64,000 nucleotides of DNA from Adineta vaga (taxonomy: Eukaryota > Animalia > Rotifera), in contig CP075494.1 in the NCBI GenBank assembly GCA_021613535.1, forward strand, positions 16,430,001-16,494,000, in the 5' to 3' direction. Below, one piece after another: positions 1 through 11,341 of this stretch. The notes beneath the pieces are model-generated. The model saw nothing but the letters and a program-made list of their open reading frames with translations. It made no database searches and was not told the DNA's origin. The position numbers and the translations under genes are program-made. Every line of letters begins with the position of its first letter. The stretch's first letter is position 1.

Positions 1-489
1 TTATCAGACTGCAACGTATGAAATACCATTTTTGGGTAGATCTAGAGAAAGGGTATATCAAAAGGTTTATGATAGTGATGAACGGAAAAAACGTATATCA
101 AAGGGTTCATCAGTTTGACAAATCCTTTTCGAAGGTTTATTAATCTGCACTCATTTTTATCAGTGTATGATAACACGAAAAGGTATGAGAAGATGGAAAT
201 GAAAAGAATAAATGTTGAAGTGCTCTCTAACAGTATCATATCTTGTCAGTCACCAAATTTGAAAATTTTTCTGTCGCTGCACACGACTGATATCGTACAA
301 CTCACTTTTCTTATCATTCATTTCACTCGTAAACTATTGCATGAAGGTAAAGTTAGCACCATATTCGAGAATTTTTTTGCCTAGATGCGCTTGTAAACTT
401 GTGTTGGTCGACGAAAAGATTATGTTAGCTGAAGAATTGAATTCTCTATCGAATAATGTTATTTTCTAGGGAGATCATCTAGAGAAAAA

Positions 490-519
490 CACCGCACACC
501 CACGCCCATATCCTCCAAT
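490..519. repeat. Telomere-repeat palindrome family, degenerate right half
   Basis: CACCGCACACCCACGCCCATATCCTCCAAT; its end resembles the end of the copy at 58312-58362. Confidence 0.4.
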
Positions 520-721
520 TTTTACATTGATTCTTCCTTCGATTTAGCATCACACTACCTATTTTCTAAAGCATTTTGAATCTCTTTCGACAAGTTGATA
601 ACTGGTCTATTCAAACGTTTCTTCTATTTAAAAGAAAAAGCAAGACGAGCAAATTTTCACTGTGTTATTCATCATTTCAATCAAAAACAAGTTCATTTCA
701 CTCGATAAACAAAGTAATAAA

Positions 722-3700
722 ATGGCACAAAGAAAATGGTAGAGTTGTTTCACAATTTGATTACTCCAACATATATCGTTTTTACTTTTGTAGGGGAAGA
801 AACTTTCAGAGTTCGGGAGGAAATATTCACTGTTCGTTCGAAAACGTGCTCACAAGAGACGCTGCTATGACTATTGGGAACAATATCCAAAGAATATTGG
901 GTATTAGGTATTTCAATACTGAAGAAATGGCTTCAGAAGTACCATCACCATATAAGTTCAATTGCAGCCGTCGGGATGCAAACAGAATGCGCGATGAACT
1001 TTGGAAAATTACTACAGATATATATGCATTTGTTTGGTTTTCAATACAGGACAATTCATTGGATTCTATTTATGATTCAGCTTCACAACGAGTCGAAAAT
1101 TCGAATAAGGTCAAAGAGTATTCCATGTTCTGCTATTTTGGTTCCATGTACTCATACGACACTTTTGTTACTCATAGCGAACGTTACCCAACTGCGCAAG
1201 ATCTTTACATTATCAAGTTGAAAAAAGAACCTGACACGATACGTATTGTATCGAGAAATAAATCCAAACAAATGTTTATTCCAATAAAATGGTTAAAAAA
1301 TGAAATATTGGTCAAAACAAAAAAACAACCATGTGTCGTTTTAATGCTAAAACATTCTGTGATAATAAAAAGAGCAATTTCAACTAGCGGGCCATATTCC
1401 TATGAAAGGTAATATATCAAGATTTTTCAATAGATGAAGAGAGAATCGATGAGAAAATAGTCAAATAAGCATAGAAAGTTATCTAAAAGCAACAGTAAGT
1501 GATAAAGAAAAATAGACATGCGCTAAACCCAAACTATTTGGGAGTTTCAGTTTGGATTATTCATTGACATCAAAATTATGTGAGATTAAAATCCTTTCCA
1601 CTTTTTTAGTTTTATGTGAGTGCAAAGTATGATTTCCATTCGAGCATTGAAGTTTGAATCAGAGATCGGAGATTTTGGTATCTGAGTTACATGAAAATGT
1701 AAAACCAAAACGTATATAACCAAACTTAATACCAAATCTAAACGCAATCGTTTGGATTTAGTGCATACTTAAAGAGAAACTTTTAGATCACAGTAGAATT
1801 GATCTGGTTGAAACAAATTTACTTCAGAAAACTCTAGTGCGATATTTAAAGGTATTTCTTTTAGAAAAATTGACAATTCTATCTTGTAGAGTCTTCATTT
1901 TTAGTTTTTAGATTTCGAGTTAATAAGTACGATGGATTCGATAGTTCGTAGAAAAGACTCAAACGATCTTCTTTGCTCATCTTTTTATTTTGTTTTTCTA
2001 GAAAATCTGGATCTGTCGATATCTTCATCAAGATTTTCTCTGTCTGAAAAATACAGTAATTAAGAATTGATCAGTATAGTCAAATATATTTTACACTTTT
2101 ACGGTTTTATCTTCAGAGCAAAAAGATCTTATAGCCAAAATTCTTAAACGTCGCGCTTTTTCCAGATGATATGTTATAACAGATTTTTTTATCATCAGAT
2201 ATTAATCATCGGAGGATAGAATATGTTTGAGGAAAATGTCATCTGTTGTTATTCGATAATTAATAATAAATGATCTATGAAGCAATATAGATTAAGTTTG
2301 TAATAGATCTTTGTAATTGGTACTCAAATCAAGTGATATGCAAATATATATATATATATATATTTATTTTATTTTACTTTTTGTTTTAGGTCATGTGAGA
2401 CGATTGATAGTGAATTCGAAAGAATAGTATCAAAAAGTTCTGATATTCTTCTTTCATTTTTTGATGTTCAACATACATGGGCATTTCTTGAAGAGCTCAC
2501 ACGCAGTAGTAATGGAAGACGTAATAAATTCAACATAAAGTTCGTTACACTCCAGCAAGAATTTGCAGAAAATGATGAAAAATTATTCGACTTGCCTTCA
2601 TCAACATCAACCAAAAAGCAATATGCTTTTCATATTCTCGATTCCATGGGTTATGTATTTCAAGATAAATATTCGAAAGAACTTCATGAGCGATTTATTG
2701 CATCGGATGACGAATCATTCAATCAGATGTGCTATTTTTTCAAGGATAGACTTGAAGAAAATCATTGTTATGATATGCATTGTGACTTAAAGAATTATAT
2801 AAAGAGAAACTGTGAAGAAAAACAGTCTTCTGAAACGAAAGTTTATTCAGTTGGCTCTGTTGTAGTGACACCATTGCGACTCCTCTTTCAAAAACGAGAA
2901 ACAACAGCTGGAAATCGAGCATTGCGAATATTGCAAACTAATGATGAGGATATGTTTTTATTGGTCCGAATCCGTGAAGAAGATGGTGAAGAGTTAAAAA
3001 ATTTTGATTCTTCTGTCCGATGTCGAATTAAATCAAAAATGTTACATGGACTTAAAGTTCTAGGAAGAACTTATCGTTTCGTTGGAGCATCAAACAGTCA
3101 GTTACGAGAAATGTCATTTTGGTTTATAGCTACTTATCATCAATCAGTTGAAGACATATGGAAGATCTTTGGAAATTTTTCAACTATACAAAATGTTGCA
3201 ACTTATATCGCCCGAATTGGTTTATATTTTACAAAATCGATTGAAACACAAGTAAATAGATTTGTTTGCTTGTTTGTTGGAAATATTTTACCTGATCATA
3301 TTTTCATAGATGATTTTTCGATTCGAAAAAGATTTCTCATCAGATATGAGTTATGTTGTAACAATGATCGATGATATCGAAACGGATGACAAAAAGTATT
3401 GTTTTACTGATGGAATCGGAAAAATGTCCTGGGGTGTAGCCGGTTTAGTTGCAATAAAATTAAATCTGAAACTAAACTATAAAGATGATATTCCAGCAGC
3501 TTACCAAGTTCGCATTGCTGGTTGTAAAGGAATGTTAGCCATTGATCCTGAATCAACATTGGATGAATATTATATTAAAATTAGACCATCAATGAAAAAA
3601 TTTGATTCCGATAATTGGCAGTTAGAAATATGTGAATATAGTCAACCACGTAAGTTTTGATTATTTCGATATGTCACATATTGTTGAATAAGCTGATCTT

Positions 3701-6491
3701 TCTGTTTAAAGTTGCATTAAAATTAAATAATCAAGTGATCATGCTCTTATCTGATTTGGGTAATTCCAATTCAGTTTTCCAATCTTATCAGTATGCTGCT
3801 TTATCATCTTATTCGTCTACGAGAAATGAAAACGAAGACAGACGAAAATTGCAATATGCAAAAAATGAAAAGGATTTATTAAAAAATAAAATTCCATTGC
3901 CATCACACGAAGCAAGAAATATGTTTGGTGTCGTCGATGAAACGGGAACATTGGAATATGGTGAAGTTTTTATTCAGTATAAAAGTCTTGATTCACTGAT
4001 TGATAATGTGTATATTATTGTTACAGGTTAGAATAGTTCTACTTCATATATATATATATATTCATGAAACATCATTTGACTTATATTTGCTTAATAGGTG
4101 AAGTACTAGTAGCGAAAATGCCATGTTTATATCCAGGTGATTTTCGAAAACTTACTGCTGTTAATGTACCCAAATTACAATCGTGTATGCGCGATTGTAT
4201 TGTATTTCCAAGCAAAGGATTCCGATCACATCCTAGTGAAATGTCTGGATCGGATTTAGATGGCGATAAATACTGGGTAAGTGTTTTTCGAATTACTTTT
4301 TAGTAATAACTCACATTGAACCACAAAATCGACGGTATAGTTACTAAGGTTTGAAAATTTGATTGGAACTTTTAGTAGATAACTAAATTTAACATGAATA
4401 AAATGAATGTATCAGTTTGAACTAGCCGTACTCATGCGTGTAACTCACAATACGATCATTTTCTACTGTATTATGTAACTGAAAATAAACTCAATATTTT
4501 TACACATTATCGTAGATATAGATGATTTTGTAAGAACAAGAACTTCCCAGAAAATGAAATATTTAGATAGATAAATAGCCGTTTACTTTCTTTTTGGTTT
4601 TTTTAGGTTTATTGGGGCAAGGAATTAAAAATCCATAAGATGGACGAACCTTTATCATATGAACCAGCAGAAAAGAAAATAGTCGAGGAGATTACAAATG
4701 AAATTGTTGTTGATCATATAGTTCAATCATTTGGTACGGGAGCTCAAGGTATTATTTGTGATGTACATTTAGCTATTGCCACTAAGCTTCCAGAACATAC
4801 TCGTTCATTGGAGTGCAAACGTTTAGCTGAATTATTTGCACGTGCTGTCGATGCTCCTAAAACAGGCGAAAATATTGTTTTGGATGAAGTATATGAATTG
4901 AAAACAAGATATTGCCAACAATATCCATTATTTATGATGAAATATGACCAAGAATCATGTGATTCGAACAGTATTCTGAATGATTTGTTTGAAAAGGCTT
5001 TGAAGCATTTAAATGCACCACACGAAAATCTTCCGAGAAGACCAATCAATGCTAATTCTCAAATTCAATTGAAACGAAGAAGTGAAAAGGATGAAAACTT
5101 TAAAAAATGGCTTGCAGAGCATGATTATCATCAAAAAGACACATCAGGTACATAAAAGAACGAAAAATTTTTAACAGTTTTTCTACTTAGTCTTCGAAAA
5201 ATTTCAAAATGTCTATTTGAAATTTTGATCATATTTTTGAAGCAAAAGTACTATGTACATGATAGCATTTGAAATAGTTGTAGTTTTCGAAAAGATCCAT
5301 GCTTTTAAAATAGCAATTTTAGCTGTATTTTATATTGGAAAAAATATCTCAGTTTACCAGTAACTCTATTTTCAACTCTGAATAGGATAGAGAACAGAGG
5401 CGAATAGTTTAATACAGACGTGATTTTCGATAATTCAATAAGGTATGATTTAAAGAAACTGATCTATTTGCATTTGTGTATAGATAGAAGTATTTTTTCG
5501 AAGTCTAACGTCTATTTTAAAGAATTATTCTTTTAGTAAATATTTTCATTTGTAAGGATCATCAGCTGACAGTGGACCTAATTTACCACCAGGTGTGGGA
5601 GAAACCGTTGCTGGAGGTTGTGGAGAAGGAGATCGTCTGAATCAATTGATTAATCCAGAAGGTATCCTTATCGATGATGATGATGAAACTATGTTTATTT
5701 CTGATACACATAATGCTCGTATTCTCTCATGGAAAATAGGTGAACCGAACGGAAAAATCGTGGCTGGTGGCAATGGAAGAGGATCAAAATTAAATCAATT
5801 AGGTAATCCTACTAGTGTAGTAATTGACAAAAAAACAAATAATCTTATTATCGCTGATTGGGGAAACAAACGAGTAGTACAATGGTCTCTCCTTGATGAT
5901 ACCCAAGAAGGAGAAATTCTTCTCGACAACATTCAGTGTAGTGCATTAACAATGGATGATCAAAGAAATCTTTATATTTCTGACACAACGAAGAAACACG
6001 TCATACGATATGAAATAGACAACAATAAGAGTAATGTTGTGGCTGGTTCTACCAGTGAAGGTGGTGGTCTTGATCAATTTAAGTGGCCAACATTCCTAGT
6101 TATTGATGAACAGCAGTCTATCTATGTAACAGATAGCACTAATAGTCGTGTTGTCAAATGGAATAAAGGTGCATTCCAAGGAGAAACTGTCGCAGGTGGT
6201 AATGGTAAAGGAAAAGCATTAAATCAATTGTCATATCCTCAAGGAATTGTTGTTGATAAATCGAATGGTGTTTATGTTGCAGATCGATATAATAATCGAA
6301 TTATGTTTTGGGCCAAAGGTGCGTCTGAAGGAATCCGCATTGCTGGTGATGACCGATATGGAAGAGCAGCAAATCAGCTTAATCAGCCTAGAGGTTTAGC
6401 CTTAGATCGAAATGGTTATCTTTATGTTGTCGATTCGGGCAATCAACGTGTTCAAAGATTTTTTGTAGATCAAGAGAACTCAATGACATGA
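722..6491 (+). CDS. Multi-exon cellular RNA-dependent RNA polymerase (RDR/QDE-1 type), probably spliced to a C-terminal NHL beta-propeller
   Basis: ATG at 722; intron 739-793 joins MAQRKW to GRNFQ. RdRP motifs occur in order across ORFs 2592-5155: GASNSQLRE, FTDGIG, YQVRIAGCKG, IRPSMKKF, LNNQVIMLL, FGVVDETGTL, PCLYPGD, DCIVFP, catalytic SGSDLDGD, DAPKTG. A phase-1 donor at 5148 and acceptor at 5556 put the NHL exon (5557-6491) in frame. Exon boundaries at 2000-2390 are approximate. Confidence 0.85.
1518..1766. mobile_element. Putative ~250 bp MITE in an RdRP intron
   Basis: ATGCGCTAAACCCAAAC (1518-1534) and GTTTGGATTTAGTGCAT (1750-1766) form a 15/17 inverted repeat; non-coding interior. Confidence 0.4.
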
Positions 6492-7482
6492 ATAATATGA
6501 TAGACAAAACAGAAAAATTATTTTTTGACAAATGTAGTGAAAGTTATTTATCCATCTTTTTCCTCAACTCTATTTTGAAAAAATAAAATATCTCTGATTT
6601 TCAGCTTTTTATACGCTTAATTCGTTTTCAATCATTTCAAATTTATATGTTTTTATTTTACCCTTTCTTCAAATATCATGATTAATTTAACTTAATCAAT
6701 TTTTATTGGATAAAAATATGCTTAAAAATGCGGAACATAATTTCTCTTATTTGATTTATCAATTGATACTATGATTATAATTCAACAATCAATACTTTGC
6801 GAACTTTTATATGATCATTCAAACTTGCTTCGGAATTATAATAATCTGTTTGATAAAAGCCATTTTTAATACATCTAGAGATAGAGAGTGAAGCTATTAT
6901 GATCGCGGTTTCGTCCTTTCTTAAAACACTTATCAAATGAGTTCATTAACTTTCGTCATCCACAGGACGCCATTGTAATCATATCAGGTTTTCTCTCTCA
7001 TTCACACTCTTGCTGTGAATATACAAAGACATAAATGATTTCTAATTAGTTTATTTCGAAAAAAGAAAAAAAGAAATTTAAGAAATGCATTATATAACAA
7101 AGATCTAGTTATAAGGGAAAAAAGTCTGTGTTTTCACATCTGGACTTCAATTTAATATCTTTTGAAAATAGAAGTACAGAACAATAGTTTATCGCAAATT
7201 TATACATTAAATATTAAGCAAAAACAAACTCACCTCATAGAATATCACTTAACATCTACACTTATATTGCTTCTTCTTAGCGTCGCACTCGTATTTGCTT
7301 CAGTAGCGACACCCTTTACAGCAGTTGTCGACAATGTTGTTCATTACGTTATAGATAACAAATCTGTCTCTGTCTCTGACATAGTTGTCTTTCGCTGGAT
7401 TGAAGTAGATATTGGCAAGATCTGTGCACTTAATCGTATAGCTAGAGGATTTTGCTGGCGCCGATCAAGATCAGGTAGATCA

Positions 7483-7537
7483 CTTGAGGGTGTGGGTGTG
7501 GATATTGCATCTATCTAACACCTACACCCACCCTTAA
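7483..7537. repeat. Telomere-repeat palindrome, spacer class A
   Basis: CTTGAGGGTGTGGGTGTGGAT-ATTGCATCTATCTAA-CACCTACACCCACCCTTAA. Confidence 0.9.
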
Positions 7538-7615
7538 TTCAACTAAGACTCTCTATGTTTGCATTTATAAAGGTAAACTTTGAATATATCTTTATTACTG
7601 ATGAATATTTCAGCC

Positions 7616-7665
7616 GAGTGTGAGTGGGTGTGGCTAAAGCAGAAAGACATCCACACCCATACCCT
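7616..7665. repeat. Telomere-repeat palindrome, B-like spacer
   Basis: GAGTGTGAGTGGGTGTGG-CTAAAGCAGAAAGACAT-CCACACCCATACCCT. Confidence 0.75.
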
Positions 7666-7789
7666 ATTATACTATGAAATATTTCAGTCTTCATTGTTGA
7701 AGCAGGCTCATCCGCTTGAGTTCTATAGTTTTATTTATATTAATACATAAAAATTTACAGAAGACATATACGAAACAAGATGTATGTTT

Positions 7790-8737
7790 TTATGTTATTG
7801 CGGGCACTTGTGTATTGGGCTGTTGTTTAATTCTTTTCAGAATAGCAAATTTAATTGGATCTGTATATTTAAACAGGGTAACCATTAAACATGTTGGAGA
7901 AACTGAAAGAAAACTAGCGACGACACGATGATAATATTTTGGTGGAGGTGTAAAAAATGAAACAAATACAAGAACCACATATGGAGTACCAAAGATTAAT
8001 AGAATATGGACAAGAATTATTGTACGACGAACCATCTCTAAATCTCTTTGATTACGTAATAAAATATTTGCAGGTGTTGTTCGAGTATTCATTCGTTTGA
8101 CATACCGAATTAGTTTTAAATAAATCATCATTAGTATTGATAAAGGAACCAAATAAAGCGAAAACGTCATATAGATAATTGAAAATGAAAATCCAAATGG
8201 CATAAGACATGCTTGATTGTCAACAAGATAAACAATCTCATTACGAAGATAATATACTAATGGAGTTATAAAACTCACAATCCATATAGAAAAAATTAGA
8301 ATCAACTGAAATTTCCATGATTGATAAAATAAACGAAATGGATAAACGACACAGACATAACGATGCAATGCTTGCAAAAGAAAACTAAAATTCATTGCAC
8401 TACATAGTGAATAAGCGAAATAAGTACGTGTAATACAAAATGAATCTGCATAAGTGATCTGTTTCAGATCATTATACAATGATAATGCAGCACTTGCACA
8501 CATATTCAATGCAAATATAAAGACAGATACACATAAATTCCCAACTAATAACATTGGAACTGAATGACATGTTTTGTCTTTGATTATAATGAATAAATAA
8601 ATTGATGATAATATCATTGCTAATGTAAGTGATATGATAAGAATAATATTGATTGGAATATACCATGATTCAACAATGAATGTTGAAGACTTTGAAATAG
8701 TTGACATGAGAAGAGTAATATTATTTGCAAATAACAA
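7790..8737 (-). CDS. Rhodopsin-like (class A) orphan GPCR
   Basis: Seven hydrophobic segments, TM3 Cys, ALHRY (DRY-equivalent), FGTPY in TM6, TDP in TM7; intronless; the real ATG is probably a few codons downstream of the ORF start. Confidence 0.85.
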   Translation of the reverse strand: MLFANNITLLMSTISKSSTFIVESWYIPINIILIISLTLAMILSSIYLFIIIKDKTCHSVPMLLVGNLCVSVFIFALNMCASAALSLYNDLKQITYADSFCITRTYFAYSLCSAMNFSFLLQALHRYVCVVYPFRLFYQSWKFQLILIFSIWIVSFITPLVYYLRNEIVYLVDNQACLMPFGFSFSIIYMTFSLYLVPLSILMMIYLKLIRYVKRMNTRTTPANILLRNQRDLEMVRRTIILVHILLIFGTPYVVLVFVSFFTPPPKYYHRVVASFLSVSPTCLMVTLFKYTDPIKFAILKRIKQQPNTQVPAIT

Positions 8738-9518
8738 GCAGAAGAAATGTTCTTGATGAAAAGTTCAGAAAATTATTTTTTTAGAAAATAATATACCAGA
8801 TTTATATTCTTCAGTTTCATCAGAGAAAAAGGAAATTAATACTTGTATTGAGTTATTTTTCAAAGTCAAGAGACTGAGATTATTCTCTTAAGTAACAGTG
8901 TGAACATCTTTTTAGAAAAGATTTTTTACATAATTTTATTCTTTACAAAGATTCCTATTCCAGGTTGATGTTTTTCCTAATTATACAAAAAAGCTGTTAG
9001 CATAATTTCTGTGAGAGATAAAAAAAGTGTGAAACATGATAAAATTATATAACTTGTAAATACGATATAAATAGCTCCAAAATGAATGACTATCACTATT
9101 TTGAAACTCTTTTGTTTTTCATGACGTGTAGAAAGTGAATTCAGGAATGAGAACTTGAGCTTGCACTAGAGGTGTTACTTTAACTTTACTTTAAAAAGTA
9201 CTTAACGTTTAAACTTCCACTCCTGATCGGAAACATTTAATAATGAAAGATATTATGCCTCAAAATATCACATTGGAAACGATAACATATACTATTCAAT
9301 CAAATGAATTTTCGATTCTTCATATATACTAATAACACCTACTTTTGAATTAGCTAATTTTGCTGGTTGATCAATTGCAGCAACAGTTCTTTGTTGATTT
9401 AAAATTAATTGAAACTGATTGTGAAAATAGTATTCGACAACATACTGAAATCTTATCACTACTTTTCTATCAAAGCATTGAATTATGAAGAAATTCAATT
9501 GAATAAGCATGCTCCACT

Positions 9519-9590
9519 AGGGTGTGGGTGTGCGTATCTCTTCTTCTTTCACACCCACACCCACCCACTCACACCCACACCTTCAAGATG
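9519..9590. repeat. Telomere-repeat palindrome, class B spacer in reverse orientation
   Basis: AGGGTGTGGGTGTG-CGTATCTCTTCTTCTTTC-ACACCCACACCCACCCACTCACACCCACACCTTCAAGATG. Confidence 0.9.
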
Positions 9591-10711
9591 AAAATTGTGG
9601 AAAATTTTCTCAGCCTGCGTTTTCTACTTTTTCTATATTATTATTGCGGGAAAACAGCTGTATACTAATCCATACGACCAGAGGTATCTTCCTTGTTCTT
9701 TTTACGATGTTGCACTCACATGAAAGATCACGCATTAGTGGGTGTTTAGTAGGTAATCAAAAACATTACACTGTTATAACTAACCGAATGAAAAAATCTA
9801 AATCATAATTCTGACATTCTTGTTCTCAGGAATTTGCGAAGATCCTTATATAAATTTGAAATAGACAATTAAGCATATTGTTCGCTTAAACATTTTGATA
9901 ATTACAAATTCGGTTGAATGTCTTCTATCTTTGAGAATGTTGCTGAGGATGTGTGGGGCCCTTTCATAATCCCTCTTGGAAATCATCCTACGATGGAATA
10001 TGAAAAAACAAGAAAAATCAAAAAGGGGTTTGAAACTGATGAAACATATTTTATTACGTCAAGTATGATCGAAATAGTATAGAAAGATAGAATTGCTTTT
10101 TCTCTGTGAGATTATGTAGAAAGGGAAATTTCTTAAACATGTGTTATTTGCGAATAAAGTATCACTATCATTACTTTTAGTATTTTCTAAGTATAAAACA
10201 TTTTAAAAATATTTCAGAATATATTGAATTTATTGAGTTTTTAATTTGTCGATTTTTGAATCATAGCGAATTTCTATATCACCTGATGATTGGTTTCTTC
10301 AACAAAAACCGAAATCCAGATTGTTATAGCTAGTTCATATGAAATACATCCTCACCCTCACACTTATAAGATTACAATGAGTAAAACAACAATCTAAATT
10401 CAATTATTCTTTTCATAATATTTATCTTTCTTCCTACATTATCATGCGCGTGCCACACGTACTTTTGTGACTTGCTATTTCTACATGTTACATCGATGTC
10501 ACAAGGGTGCGTATCTGTACCGTCAAACTTTCGAACTACAAGGACTATTAAAGGTGACAAGCACTATTCAGTTCGTTCTTTTTCTTACTTATTTTGGTAC
10601 GATATAAAGTCTACTAGATTTATTGTATTTTTGTAATACTTTAATGACAAATTTGACAATATAAAATGCATTTATTCAACAATAACTATTTTTTCAATTG
10701 AAAATTGTTGA

Positions 10712-11341
10712 ATGGATACTAACCCTATAAATAATTCTACTACCTATTCACCTGTTATTGTCAATTCGATAATTGTCGAGCAAGCAGAAGAAGATCCACG
10801 TTGGTTTAAAAAACTTTCTCATTCGAAATATTTCAAATATTTCAAAAATTTTTTATTTATAATATTAATACTTAATCTAATAGGATGGGGTAATATGTTA
10901 TTTTTCATATCAATTGGTGCAGCAAATAAAACAATACCTGATGAACATACACGAAAGATCTGGATGGAAATTGCTTTTCAAGTTGTTAATACACTCGTTT
11001 TTATAATGATTGCTGGTTATACTCCTTGGCGAATACGTGATCTTTATCAATTTTATAGAGAAAAACATCAATCTAAAGTTCTTCAACGTTATAAATATGT
11101 AAATAATCTCATATTACTTCAGATGATTCTTTGGAGTTTAATTATAAATTCAATAGTTCAATTTGCTTTAGTTATTTGTATATGGTCAATGGATATGAAC
11201 AAAAGACCTATGTGGTTAGTAAACATTTTTGGTGGACTTGGTTTAGTTTCAGGTGTATTTGCTGGCTTAGCACAATTCATATTAGAAAAAAGAGCAAAAA
11301 AGAAACAAAAACTGGAACAACAGTTCGTTAGAACTTTCTAA
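10712..11341 (+). CDS. DUF2985-like multi-pass membrane protein
   Basis: RKIWMEIAFQVVNTL...PWRIRDLY resembles the DUF2985 core (W.EI..Q.LNAL...PWR.RDL); four hydrophobic helices; intronless. Confidence 0.7.
   Translation: MDTNPINNSTTYSPVIVNSIIVEQAEEDPRWFKKLSHSKYFKYFKNFLFIILILNLIGWGNMLFFISIGAANKTIPDEHTRKIWMEIAFQVVNTLVFIMIAGYTPWRIRDLYQFYREKHQSKVLQRYKYVNNLILLQMILWSLIINSIVQFALVICIWSMDMNKRPMWLVNIFGGLGLVSGVFAGLAQFILEKRAKKKQKLEQQFVRTF

Noticed and set aside
10345-10372. Further palindrome copies at ~10345 and ~9943
   Set aside because: Only a partial, heavily mismatched single arm at each site; indistinguishable from background by eye.
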